Assembly (NCBI GenBank): GCA_963847705.1
Contig: CAWKBC010000047.1
Location: 1 to 64,000, forward strand
DNA length: 64,000 nucleotides
Direction of reading: 5' to 3'
Origin: an uncultured Pseudomonadota bacterium
GTDB lineage: Bacteria > Myxococcota_A > Polyangia > Fen-1088
In this document: positions 13,884 to 24,200 of the stretch, one piece after another
Layout: each line of letters starts with the position of its first letter
How positions within the stretch are numbered: position 1 is the first letter of the stretch
The notes under the pieces: model-generated
What the model was told of the DNA's origin: nothing
Database searches by the model: none
The model's input: the letters and a program-made list of their open reading frames with translations, nothing else
Made by a program: the position numbers and the translations under genes

Positions 13884-14954
13884 TCAGGGGAAGAAAAGCA
13901 CCTCGCGCGCGCCAAACTTGCCGATGAGCTCCCGGATGTGTTGCTGGATGACCTGGCGCCGGCCGACCACGGCCCCAATCTCGGCCGGGGTCAGGATGTC
14001 GTAAGCGGCGCCGGCCTCCTGGGCCAGCGCGCGCTGCAGCGTCGGGACAGTCACCCGTCCGAGCGAATCGTAAAGTGAGCGGGAAAAGCGCTGCGTCCGG
14101 AGCAGCACCTCGCGGTTCTTCTCGGTCCCGTTCGGGTCGACGAAGAACGACATCGTGTTGTCCATGTAGAAGAGCTCGGTCCCGTCGGGCGACATCTTCA
14201 TGTTCCCCCCCGAATAGCGGTCGGGGTTCGAGGTCAGGAAGTCGAACAGGATGAGGTCGGAGATCTGCGCGGCAAACGCCAACCGGTCCGGCGGGATCGG
14301 CTCGCCCCCGACGGTCAACCAGGCGGTGCTCAGCTTCTGGCCCTCGGGCGTGTCGAAGCCGGAGTCCTTGATGACCGGGATCCAGTACGACGCCGTCCCG
14401 TAGCTGATCCCGCTCGGGTTGAAGATCGTCTCCGCCTTGATGCGGGGGAGAAACTCCAGGCTCTCCGGGTGCAGGTGCGAGAAGAGCTCCTCGCGCGAGA
14501 CCGCGCGCGGCGCCGCCGGTGGAACGGCGTTGAGCCCGAGAAGGCGGTTCAAGCGGTAGGCAGCGATCTCCTTGCGTGGGATGGTCTGGGTGTTGGTCTG
14601 CGTCGGTTTCCAGGCGGCGCGCGACCCGTCGGCGAACTCGACGCGGAAGGAGATCGACGACCCGCCGTGATTGAACTTGAAGCGGATGATCGGCTGGGTG
14701 CGCACCCTCTCGAGCAAGAGCTCGTCGGACATCCCCAGGAACGTCCCTGACGATTCCAGCGAGACGCGCAGGTCGCCGAGGTCGGAGAGGTCATCGCGCT
14801 CGGGCAGCGGGACCGCGGCCGGGGGTGGCGTGTGCACGCGTGCGGCCAGCACCGCGCGCACCTGCCGGACGCCGTAACGGACGCCGGCGCCGCCGCCGAC
14901 CAGCAGGGCGACGGCGACGGTCAGCTCGGTGGCGACATAGCCCGGGAGGCGCAC
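13884..14954 (-). CDS. Membrane-anchored atypical kinase, Fam20/Four-jointed-like
   Basis: N-terminal hydrophobic helix; WKP, EIAAYRLNRLLGLNAVPP, DLILFDFLTSNPDR and YMDNTMSF motifs. Confidence 0.65.
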   Translation of the reverse strand: MRLPGYVATELTVAVALLVGGGAGVRYGVRQVRAVLAARVHTPPPAAVPLPERDDLSDLGDLRVSLESSGTFLGMSDELLLERVRTQPIIRFKFNHGGSSISFRVEFADGSRAAWKPTQTNTQTIPRKEIAAYRLNRLLGLNAVPPAAPRAVSREELFSHLHPESLEFLPRIKAETIFNPSGISYGTASYWIPVIKDSGFDTPEGQKLSTAWLTVGGEPIPPDRLAFAAQISDLILFDFLTSNPDRYSGGNMKMSPDGTELFYMDNTMSFFVDPNGTEKNREVLLRTQRFSRSLYDSLGRVTVPTLQRALAQEAGAAYDILTPAEIGAVVGRRQVIQQHIRELIGKFGAREVLFFP

Positions 14955-15007
14955 GTGGCGGCAATTTTATAGCAACCACTCGGGAGGTTCCGGTACGTTA
15001 ACGTCAC

Positions 15008-15217
15008 ATGTCGCCAGCTCCCACCTTCGTCTGTTCGATGTGTCGCAAGCCGATTCCTGTCGGCGCCAAGCTGATCAAGTGCTCGGTCAGCACCTGCAAC
15101 TCGGGCCGCGTGAAGCTCGTGTTCTGCTCTGGCTCCTGTTGGGACAGCCACCTGCCCAACGCCCGCCACCGCAGCGCCTACTTCACCGAGGAGAAGGCGG
15201 GGCGGCCCGAGACCTAG
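15008..15217 (+). CDS. Small Cys-rich putative zinc-binding protein
   Basis: 69 aa with CSMC, CSVSTC and FCSGSCWDSH. Confidence 0.6.
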   Translation: MSPAPTFVCSMCRKPIPVGAKLIKCSVSTCNSGRVKLVFCSGSCWDSHLPNARHRSAYFTEEKAGRPET

Positions 15218-15325
15218 CTAGGGCCCGCCAGCGCAGCGCCACTTCACGTCGGCCCCCCGTCGTCCCGACCTCGTCCCGACCCCGGCGCTTCAAGAGCCCG
15301 AGCCGAGGTCGCGGGCCAAACCAAT

Positions 15326-16431
15326 TCAGTCGCCCACGGCGTCGCGCAGCGCCCGGTCGAGCGCACCCTCTGCGGTGTAGCCGACGAAGCTCTTGCGAAT
15401 GAGGCCGTCGCGGCCGATCACCACCAGGCTGGGGAGCGCCTCGACCTTGTAGAGCGCGCCGACGGTGCCATCGTCGATGACGACCGGGTAGGGGATCGGA
15501 TGGGCGGCCAGGAATGACTTGAGCTCGTCGAGCGTGGCGCCGCCACCGTCGGAGTTGACCCCCACGAAGGCGACGCCGCGCGACGCCCAGTCGTGATGGG
15601 CGGCGTCCAGCACGGGGAGCATCGCCACGCAGGGGGAGCACCAGGTGGCCCAGAAGTCGAGCAGGACCACCTGGCCGCGCAGCTGGGCCAGCGTCACCGT
15701 CCCGGCGTGATCGATGTCGGGCAGCGCGAACTCCGGCGCGGGCTCGCCCCGGTGCATCGGGCGGAGCGTTTCGTAGTGGCGGGCGGCCCACACGGCGTTG
15801 CCGGCGAAGGCGATGCCCGACAGCGCCAGGATCCCGAGGCCCGCGAAAAATGAGCGCCGGTCGGGGAGGGCCGCCGGGGGTGGCTGCGCCGCCGTTGCCT
15901 CCGCTGCGCCCGCTTGGGGCTGGCGCGCCCTGGCGACCCGAATCGCCGCCGCCAGCATGAACAGGGCCCCGAAGCCGGAGACGATGTCGACCAGGGGCTC
16001 GCGGAGCATTCGCATCCCGGTCACGCCGTCCAGGAGCCGCGCGGCCGCGCGCAAGGCGAAGTAGGGCGCGTAACAGGCGGCGCCCAGATCGAGATCGCGC
16101 GTGGCATCCCGTCGCGCGCCGGCCGCCGCGGTCACGATCACCGCGGCCGGAAGCACCACCCAGGCCGCCTCCCGGGTCTCGTCGAGGAAGAGGCCGGCGA
16201 CGCGCATCAGATCGCCCGTGGCCGGTCCGGCGATCGCCAGCAGGACCCGGCAGAGCTCCGGCAGCCGAAAGGTGAAGACGCCGAGCACGACCAGCCAGAG
16301 CGCATCGCGCAGGCTCCCCCCCTCCACCTCGATGCGCGCCGCCGCGGCCCGTGGCGCGACCACCGTCTGGCCGATCCGCGCCGTGAACCGCCCGCCGGGC
16401 GGGGGCGACCACCCACCAGAGGGCGAGGCGC

Positions 16432-16435
<4 letters not shown>
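15326..16435 (-). CDS. TlpA/ResA-family thiol-disulfide oxidoreductase fused to an N-terminal multi-TM domain
   Basis: LLDFWATWCSPC thioredoxin motif; several N-terminal hydrophobic segments; ATGA overlap with coaX stop. Confidence 0.85.
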
Positions 16436-17259
<824 letters not shown>

Positions 17260-17283
17260 CGCTCTAGGGTAACATGCCGTTCC

Positions 17284-18882
17284 ATGCCGCCCCGCGCGCC
17301 GCGCGTCCGCACCCGCTCGCTCGCCCTCCTGGGCGCGCTGGCGGCCTTCGCGCTCACGCTGTTCGCGGCGCTCTGGCTCATCGACTACTTCTTCATCGAC
17401 GCGGCGACCGCCCACCGCAAGGAGGGTCCGTTCGGCCAGCTCTTCGACTTCGACGCGCTGACCATGCAGAACGCGCTGGGGAGCCTGTCGCAGGTGATCG
17501 CGGCCGTCCTCGGCATCGCCATCACGGTCGTCTCGATCGTCGTGCAGCTGGCGGCGACCCGCTACACCTCGCGCGTCGCCGATCTCTTCTTCCGCGACCG
17601 GATCAACCTGGGCGTGATGGGCTTCTTCGTCGTCGCCTGCGTCGAGTCGGTCTGGGTCAGCTTCATCGTCCGCACCGACTACGTCCCCCAGGCGACGATC
17701 ACAGCGACCGTCATCATGTCGTCGGGGAGCCTCCTCATCTTGGTCCCCTACTTCGCCTACGTGTTCGACTTCCTCGATCCCGAGAAGGTCATCGCCCGCA
17801 TCGGCGTGCAGACGCTGGACCGGGCGACCGCGCGCGACGCCCGGGCCCGCCGGGAGACCAACACCTCGCGCCAGGCGCAGGCGGTGAGCGGCCTGTCGCA
17901 CCTGGCGGACATCGCGGTGAACGCCCTCGGACAGAAGGACAAGGTGATCGCCTCCGATGCCTCGGCCGCCCTGCGCCGGCTGCTGGTCGACTACCAGAGC
18001 CGCAAGGGGTCGCTCGACCCCGCGTGGTTCGCCATCGGGGCGCCGCTGCGCGCCGATCCCGACTTCGTCGCGCTGGCCGACGAATCGCTGGAGGATCTGG
18101 GGCGCAACCGGACCTGGCTGGAATGGAAGGGGCTGCGGCAGATTCGCGAGGTGTTCGGCGCCGCGCTCGACAGCATGCCGGAGATGGCCCACGTGGTGGC
18201 CATCGACACCCGCTACGTCGGCGAGGCGGCGCTGGCCACCTCGAACCGCGAGGTCTTCACGCTCACCGTGAAGTTCATGAACACCTACCTGCGCGCGGCG
18301 CTCAACGGCAAGGACGTGCGCACCGCCTACAACGTGCTCAACCAGTACCGCCAGCTGGCCGAGTCGCTGCTGTCGGCGTCGGCGGAGGCGAACGACTGGG
18401 CGCTGGCGACGCTGGTGGAGATCGCCGGCCACTTCAAGTACTACGCCCGGCTGGCGCACGGCAACGGGATGGGCTTCGTGACCGAGACGGCGGCCTACGA
18501 TCTTTGCGCGCTCTGCGAGATGGCCAGCGCGCGCCACGCCGCAGCCCACGATCGGCTGCTGGCCATCTTCCTGGAGATCGACGAGCACGCCGAGGATCGT
18601 TCGCTGCGCGGCGTGCGCAAGGCGCAGGCCAAGCTGGCGTCGTTCTATCTGGCCAGCGGCGAGACGGCCCGGGCGCAGACGATCTACGAGGACATGAAGA
18701 ACGAATCGCCCGAGCGCCTGCGCTCGATCCGCGACGAGATGCTGGCCATCACCTCCAAGGATTTCTGGGAGGTGGTCGATCGGGGCACCAACTTCGACTA
18801 CGTCTCCGACGCGCGCAAAGAGAAGCTGCGCCAGTTCTTCGCGATGTTCGCCGCGCTGGCCGTCCCCTCGGCCGCCGAGTAG
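17284..18882 (+). CDS. DUF2254-like membrane protein
   Basis: Four to five N-terminal TM helices with VQLAATRYT motif, followed by a soluble helical domain. Confidence 0.7.
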   Translation: MPPRAPRVRTRSLALLGALAAFALTLFAALWLIDYFFIDAATAHRKEGPFGQLFDFDALTMQNALGSLSQVIAAVLGIAITVVSIVVQLAATRYTSRVADLFFRDRINLGVMGFFVVACVESVWVSFIVRTDYVPQATITATVIMSSGSLLILVPYFAYVFDFLDPEKVIARIGVQTLDRATARDARARRETNTSRQAQAVSGLSHLADIAVNALGQKDKVIASDASAALRRLLVDYQSRKGSLDPAWFAIGAPLRADPDFVALADESLEDLGRNRTWLEWKGLRQIREVFGAALDSMPEMAHVVAIDTRYVGEAALATSNREVFTLTVKFMNTYLRAALNGKDVRTAYNVLNQYRQLAESLLSASAEANDWALATLVEIAGHFKYYARLAHGNGMGFVTETAAYDLCALCEMASARHAAAHDRLLAIFLEIDEHAEDRSLRGVRKAQAKLASFYLASGETARAQTIYEDMKNESPERLRSIRDEMLAITSKDFWEVVDRGTNFDYVSDARKEKLRQFFAMFAALAVPSAAE

Positions 18883-18898
18883 GCCGCGCGGTTCGCGC

Positions 18899-19675
18899 CT
18901 ACTGGGGGTTGGGCGCCGGTTCGAGCGACAGCGCGGCCACCTCTTCTTCAACCAGCGCGCGCGCGTAGATGGTGATGTCGTCGAGCGCGCCGGTCAGCGG
19001 GAAGGTCGGCGACAGCTCCGCCGAGCGCGCGATGTCGAGCACCGTGCTCCCAGGAAGGATGGTCGCGCCGCCGGTCGGCACGGTCGTGGGGACACCGCCC
19101 ACGTACAAGGTCAGCGTCGGGGGGGTGGCATCGGCGTCGACCACCGCCGTGAGATGCGTCCAGACGCCCGGGACGACACAGCTGCAAAAGGCGGACACGT
19201 AGCCCTGGGCCGCGTTGGTCGCGTAGCGGAAGAAATAGTTCTGTTGCCCCGCCCCGAGCGTCGCGTAGAGCGCCCAGCCGCCGCCGAGCGCCTCCGTGCT
19301 CAGAATGTTGGCGACCGGGGCGCCGAACTCGTTGGCCTGGATCAGCACCCAGGCCGAGACACTGTAGCTCGGGGTCGCGCGCGGGAGACCGCCGACGGTC
19401 AGGTCGTCGACGCCGGAGAAGTGGATCGCCGAGCCGAATTGCCCTGGTACCCAGTCCCATCCAGACCCGGCGGCGAACCCGGTCCGCCCGTTGCCCGAGC
19501 TGTCGTTGGCGACGTCACCGACGTCCTCATCGAGTCTCCAGTGCCCCACCAGGCCGTTGGCGAGGCTGGTCGTCGGGAGCGTGGCGATCTCGATCGGCCC
19601 CGCCGTGCATCCGGTGACGGCGGCGGCCAGGCAGCAGGCCATCGCCGGCAGCAGAAGGTGGTGGCCCGCGCGCAT
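18899..19675 (-). CDS. LamG/concanavalin-like domain lipoprotein
   Basis: Lipobox VTGC; GLVGHWRLDE, SVSAWV, WTHLTAV, GALDDITIYARAL. Confidence 0.85.
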   Translation of the reverse strand: MRAGHHLLLPAMACCLAAAVTGCTAGPIEIATLPTTSLANGLVGHWRLDEDVGDVANDSSGNGRTGFAAGSGWDWVPGQFGSAIHFSGVDDLTVGGLPRATPSYSVSAWVLIQANEFGAPVANILSTEALGGGWALYATLGAGQQNYFFRYATNAAQGYVSAFCSCVVPGVWTHLTAVVDADATPPTLTLYVGGVPTTVPTGGATILPGSTVLDIARSAELSPTFPLTGALDDITIYARALVEEEVAALSLEPAPNPQ

Positions 19676-19676
19676 G

Positions 19677-20735
19677 TCAGATCCCCCCCAACAGTGTAAC
19701 GCTGCCGATCAGCGACGGCCGCCCGGCGTGCGCCACCTCGTTCCCCAGGAACTGCACGGTCGGGTAGGGCTGCGCGAACAGCGCATGCGCCTCGACGCCC
19801 AGCTCGAACCTGTGGCGGCGGAGCGGGATGCGCAGGCCGACGCCGATGTCGCCCGCCGCGGCCCAGCGGGCCCCGCTCACCGCCACGAACGGCGCCTCCT
19901 CGTGGCTGTCGGCGGCCAGCCGGAGGGTGCCCGCGCCGAGCGACAGCAACGGCTCCAGCCGGCGCCCGCGGCGAAAGCGCGCGATGACCTCGGCGAGCAG
20001 GATCGTCTGCGACAGCCCGGCGTATCCCTGCGGCGTGTCGACGCGCGCCGAGGTCCCGAGGCCCGCGAAGCTGACCCGCGCGCAGAAACGCCGCCCCAGC
20101 ACCCGCTCGATCCGCGCGACCGAGAGGATCACGTTCCAGGGACCGTCGACGGCATAGGCGGTGCCGCCGCCCGCCTCGACCGCCCAGGTCCAGTCGGCCT
20201 CCTCCAGCGTGGCGGTGGCCCAGCGCTCGACGGCGGGCGCGCTGGGCGGCGCGTCGCTGGTGGGCGGCGTGGCGATCGCCAGCTCGAGGAAGCTCGCCCG
20301 CAGAAGCTCGACGGCCCGCACGGAGAGCACCTCCGCCATGCGCGGCGGATCGGTCGCGCCGGCGTTCACCCGTCGCACGACGGTCTTCCCCGTCACCCGA
20401 TCGATGACCCACAGCTCGGCGCTGCCGGGCTCGGCGCTGGCCACCACGGCCACCAGGGCCGTGGCCGCTCCGTCCGAGGCGGGCGACAGCTTCTCCAGTG
20501 AGGCGCGCACGTCGACCCCCAGCGCCTGCTCGACGACCTGGGCGTCGAACCCGGCCGCCACCAGCTCACCGCGCAGCCGCACCAGCGCTTCGGACACCGC
20601 GGCCGGCGCGGCGGGCGGTCGGACCAGGATCACCTTCGGCGGCGGTTGCGGCGCCGCGGCCGCGGACGCGCCGCCCGACAACAGAGCGGCGAGCGCGACC
20701 ACCGGAGCGACAGGGCGGCGGCCGCGCGCGATCAC
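19677..20735 (-). CDS. Secreted hypothetical protein with probable C-terminal outer-membrane beta-barrel
   Basis: Signal peptide, Pro-rich linker, alternating amphipathic beta-strand pattern in the C-terminal half; coupled to neighbouring genes. Confidence 0.6.
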   Translation of the reverse strand: MIARGRRPVAPVVALAALLSGGASAAAAPQPPPKVILVRPPAAPAAVSEALVRLRGELVAAGFDAQVVEQALGVDVRASLEKLSPASDGAATALVAVVASAEPGSAELWVIDRVTGKTVVRRVNAGATDPPRMAEVLSVRAVELLRASFLELAIATPPTSDAPPSAPAVERWATATLEEADWTWAVEAGGGTAYAVDGPWNVILSVARIERVLGRRFCARVSFAGLGTSARVDTPQGYAGLSQTILLAEVIARFRRGRRLEPLLSLGAGTLRLAADSHEEAPFVAVSGARWAAAGDIGVGLRIPLRRHRFELGVEAHALFAQPYPTVQFLGNEVAHAGRPSLIGSVTLLGGI

Positions 20736-22063
20736 CGAGCTTGATCGCGCAGCGCTTGCGCGGCACCGGCGTAGCTGCCGTGCGGGAAGCGACGGACGTA
20801 CTCGTCGGCCACCGTTCGCGCCTGAGCGACGCCGTAGAGATCGCGCACCGCGACCATCTTGCGCCCCAGCGCCTCCGCCGCGTACGAGCCGCTCGGGGCC
20901 TCGTTGAGATAGCGGTCATACCAGCGCAGCGCGTGGACCAGGCCAGCGCCCTCCTTTTCGTCGAGGCGACCGAGGAAGAAGGCGGCGTCCGCGGCGCGGG
21001 GCGAGCCCCGGAACCGCCTCCGCTGCGCATCGAGCGCCCGTCGCGCCAGATCGTCCTGACGCCGGTAGCGAGCGGCGTCGGCCAGCGCCGCCAGATCGTC
21101 GGAGGTCGACGTCTCGAGCGTACGCGGCAGATCGCGCGTGGCCTCCTCGACGATGGAGCCAAAGTCTCCCGAGGCCAGCGCCGTCGGCCAGCTCCGTGTG
21201 GGGCGCGGCTGGCGCAGCGCGGTTCGGATCGGCGCCGCGGCCGGAGTGACAGGCGCGGGGGGCGCCAGCGTCGGCGCCGGGAGGGGCGCTGTCGCCGTCG
21301 CCGTCGCCAACACCGGCGGGGGCGCGACCTCCGCGACGGGCGCGGCGGTGGTGGTGTCGCTCGCCGCGAGATCGCCCTCGTGATCGTCGATCGCGCGCAA
21401 GAGGACGCGCGACTGGCGCATCGCCACCGTCAGTCGCTGGCCGGCGCGCATCGCGATCGGGCCGCCGGTCACCGGTCCCTCGACCGACACCGATCCGCGT
21501 TCGAGCTTCACGTCGAGCCGCCCGGTCGCCTCGTTCCAGGCGGCGCTGAACACCGTCCCGTGCACGTTGATGACGAACGGACCGGCGTCGACGCGCCAGC
21601 GCGCGTGCGGCTTCGGCACGACGTTCACCGAGGCGGTCCCGTCGGCGATGGCCACGTGCGCCCCGCGTCCGTCGACCGAGGCCAATCGGCCCTTGGTCCC
21701 GCGCGCGAGAGCGATGACGGTGCCGTCCGCGAAGCGCAGCGCCGGTTCGACGTCGGCCGACGCCTCGATGCGCCCATCCGCCGCCAGCGCGCCCCCTTCC
21801 AACTGATAGGCGAGCGGCGGCGCGTTCTCGCCGCGGTGGAGCGCCCTGGGGACGAGCACCACGGCGGCGAAGGCCGCCGCGCCCAGGCCCGCCAGCGACA
21901 CAGACCAGACCAGGCGCCGACGCAGCGCCAGGCGGGCGCGCAAGACCTCGCGGCCGCGGACATGCTCCGCCGGCGTGAGCTGACCCAGACTCCGGCGGGC
22001 CAGCGCCACCAGCGCCGCGGCGCGCGGCCCGAGCTGGCCGCTGTCGCGATCGTCCTCGGTCAC
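20732..22063 (-). CDS. FecR-domain anti-sigma-like protein with C-terminal TPR-like repeats
   Basis: TM helix; LRFADGTVIAL...VHGTVFS FecR-like region; Pro/Ala linker; TPR-like AAFFLGRL...YLNEAPSGSYA; GTG start overlaps sigma stop. Confidence 0.8.
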   Translation of the reverse strand: MTEDDRDSGQLGPRAAALVALARRSLGQLTPAEHVRGREVLRARLALRRRLVWSVSLAGLGAAAFAAVVLVPRALHRGENAPPLAYQLEGGALAADGRIEASADVEPALRFADGTVIALARGTKGRLASVDGRGAHVAIADGTASVNVVPKPHARWRVDAGPFVINVHGTVFSAAWNEATGRLDVKLERGSVSVEGPVTGGPIAMRAGQRLTVAMRQSRVLLRAIDDHEGDLAASDTTTAAPVAEVAPPPVLATATATAPLPAPTLAPPAPVTPAAAPIRTALRQPRPTRSWPTALASGDFGSIVEEATRDLPRTLETSTSDDLAALADAARYRRQDDLARRALDAQRRRFRGSPRAADAAFFLGRLDEKEGAGLVHALRWYDRYLNEAPSGSYAAEALGRKMVAVRDLYGVAQARTVADEYVRRFPHGSYAGAAQALRDQAR

Positions 22064-22716
22064 TTCGACGGCCTCCGTTTGCCGACCGCCGGGCGCAGCT
22101 GCACGTCGGCATCGACCAGCTCGGACAGACGGGTCGAAGCATGCCGCAGCGTGCGCTTGACGGTGGCCAGCGAGATCTCCATCGCCTCGGCGCTCTCCTC
22201 CAACGTCATCCCCTCCACGTGCCGCAACACCAGCACCAACCGCTCGCGCGTGGTGAGGAGATTGAGCAGGCTGTAGAGCCGCCGCAGCGCATAGCGGTTG
22301 TCCACGTTCATGAACAACAGCTGATCGTCGGGGACCTCGCCGGTCTCGGACAGCGTGAGCCAGCGCCGCGCGCGCCGGCGGCGCAGCTCCCACTTGACGA
22401 TCCGGACGGCGAACGAAACGACGAAGCTGCGCAGCGCCTCGGGCTTGCGCAGCGAGCGGATGCGCGAGAACAGCCGGTAGAAGATCTCCTGCGTGACGTC
22501 CTCGACCTCTGCGTCGGGGCCGAGCGCGCGGCTGACGATCCCGTGAACCAACGGGGCGTAGCGATCCCAGGCGAGCTCCGCGGCGCGGGCTTCACCGTTG
22601 ATGAGCGCGAGCGCGAGCTTCGCGTCGTCCGCTTCCTGCGATTCGCCGGAAGGCGGGGTGACAAGGCGGAGGCGTCCCAGTCCCGAGGAGTGCAGCATCT
22701 CGTTCGCCTCCGGCAT
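22060..22716 (-). CDS. ECF-type sigma-70 factor
   Basis: Region 2 (EDVTQEIF) and region 4 (LVLRHVEGMTLEESAEAMEISLATVKR). Confidence 0.92.
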   Translation of the reverse strand: MPEANEMLHSSGLGRLRLVTPPSGESQEADDAKLALALINGEARAAELAWDRYAPLVHGIVSRALGPDAEVEDVTQEIFYRLFSRIRSLRKPEALRSFVVSFAVRIVKWELRRRRARRWLTLSETGEVPDDQLLFMNVDNRYALRRLYSLLNLLTTRERLVLVLRHVEGMTLEESAEAMEISLATVKRTLRHASTRLSELVDADVQLRPAVGKRRPSK

Positions 22717-22825
22717 CCTACTCCCACCTGCGCCGAAGGGGTATCAATCAAGGCCCGGGCCGTCACGCCGCGGCGCGGAAAATCAGGTTTTGCAGCAGGG
22801 TCGGCGAGCAGATAGTCTTCCGGCC

Positions 22826-23602
22826 ATGCGTCCGGCGCGTGGTTTGGTCCGGCGGGTCCCGCCGCGCGCGAGCGCGCTGGTCGTGATCCTCATGTCCGTC
22901 GCGCTCCTTGGGGGGCAGCGCGTGTCGCATGCGAGCGCGCCTTCATCGCAAGGCGCCCCGGGCTCGGAGGGCGGAGCCAGTGCGCCGGCCGGTTCGGATG
23001 GGAGCGGCGCCGACGGCGCCAAGAAGAAGGCCCGGAAGACGGGCGCCAAATCGAACAGCAAGAAGACGTCTCCCAAGGCCAAGGCCTCGCCGGCCACGAA
23101 GGTCACCCGCAGCAAGTCGCCGACGCATCGCGCTCCCCAGAAGCTGGCGCATGCCCAGGCTGGCAAATCCCGCACCAAGCCCGACACCATCAACGAGGAC
23201 GTGACCCTCACGCCGTTCCCCAGCCACGCCGGGGCCGCGAAGAAGGCGCTGGCCCAAAATCGCCGCGACCAGCTCGAGGACGCCGAGAAGGCCGCGCGCG
23301 CGCCCGAGCAAGCGGAGCGCTGGCAGACGGTGCTGTTTCACCTGCGCGACCTCGACGCGCGCGGCGACTCCGAAGGGTGCTTCTGGCGGTTGGTCTCCTA
23401 TTACCGCCTCGGCCAGATCGAGCGGGCGCGGTCGCTGCGCCCGGGCTGCGAGCTCCCGGCCAAGGACGCCGGGATCATCGAGGCCGAGGATGAACAGGCG
23501 GCGCGCCTGCAGGCGGCCGGGACGCTCGCCGACAAGGACCCTGCTCCCGTGGGGAATCTCGCCCCCTACGCCGGCGACAGCCCCGCCCGGGTCGACCGCT
23601 AG
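22826..23602 (+). CDS. Secreted Lys-rich hypothetical protein
   Basis: Hydrophobic signal segment, K/A/S-rich tract, helical C-terminal domain. Confidence 0.6.
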   Translation: MRPARGLVRRVPPRASALVVILMSVALLGGQRVSHASAPSSQGAPGSEGGASAPAGSDGSGADGAKKKARKTGAKSNSKKTSPKAKASPATKVTRSKSPTHRAPQKLAHAQAGKSRTKPDTINEDVTLTPFPSHAGAAKKALAQNRRDQLEDAEKAARAPEQAERWQTVLFHLRDLDARGDSEGCFWRLVSYYRLGQIERARSLRPGCELPAKDAGIIEAEDEQAARLQAAGTLADKDPAPVGNLAPYAGDSPARVDR

Positions 23603-23619
23603 CGGGTCGCTGGTCGTCG

Positions 23620-24006
23620 CTAACTGGCGAAGCGGGGGAGACCGGCTTCGACGAAGCCACGAACGGTGTCGAAGAACTTCTGCAGCGGGATCGGCTTGCG
23701 CAGGAAGGCGGCGGCGCCGGCCGGCCGCTCACGCGCGACGGCGCTCAGCACGACCACCGGGATCGGCGACAGCTTCGGATCGCTCTTCATCGATGCCAGA
23801 ACCTGCGAGCCATCAACGAGCGGCATCATCATGTCGAGCACGACCAGCTGGGGAAGATCCTCGGCCGGTGCGGCGGCGAGAAATTCCAGCGCCTGCTTTC
23901 CGTGGCTGGCCGGAATGACGTCGTAGCCCTCGGCCTCCAAGAGATCCTGCAGGATGTCCCTGATTTCGAGGTCGTCCTCGACGAGCAGAACCGTCTTTTG
24001 CGCCAT
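23620..24006 (-). CDS. Single-domain response regulator (CheY-like)
   Basis: VLLVEDD, VVLDMMMP, FLRKP. Confidence 0.92.
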   Translation of the reverse strand: MAQKTVLLVEDDLEIRDILQDLLEAEGYDVIPASHGKQALEFLAAAPAEDLPQLVVLDMMMPLVDGSQVLASMKSDPKLSPIPVVVLSAVARERPAGAAAFLRKPIPLQKFFDTVRGFVEAGLPRFAS

Positions 24007-24200
24007 CACCCCTCCACGAGAAAAAGCAATCTCCAGCGTGCGCGATCGCGTTTTCGGAATCAAGACGAGTTGCGACCCGTATTCGCGCATACACCACAAA
24101 AACCGGCCCAGTCGGGCCGGATGAGCTCAATCGGGACGTATCCCAAACGCCTGGATCGCGTATCATCACCGGCTCCCTGAAGGCCGCAAAGGAGACGCAA

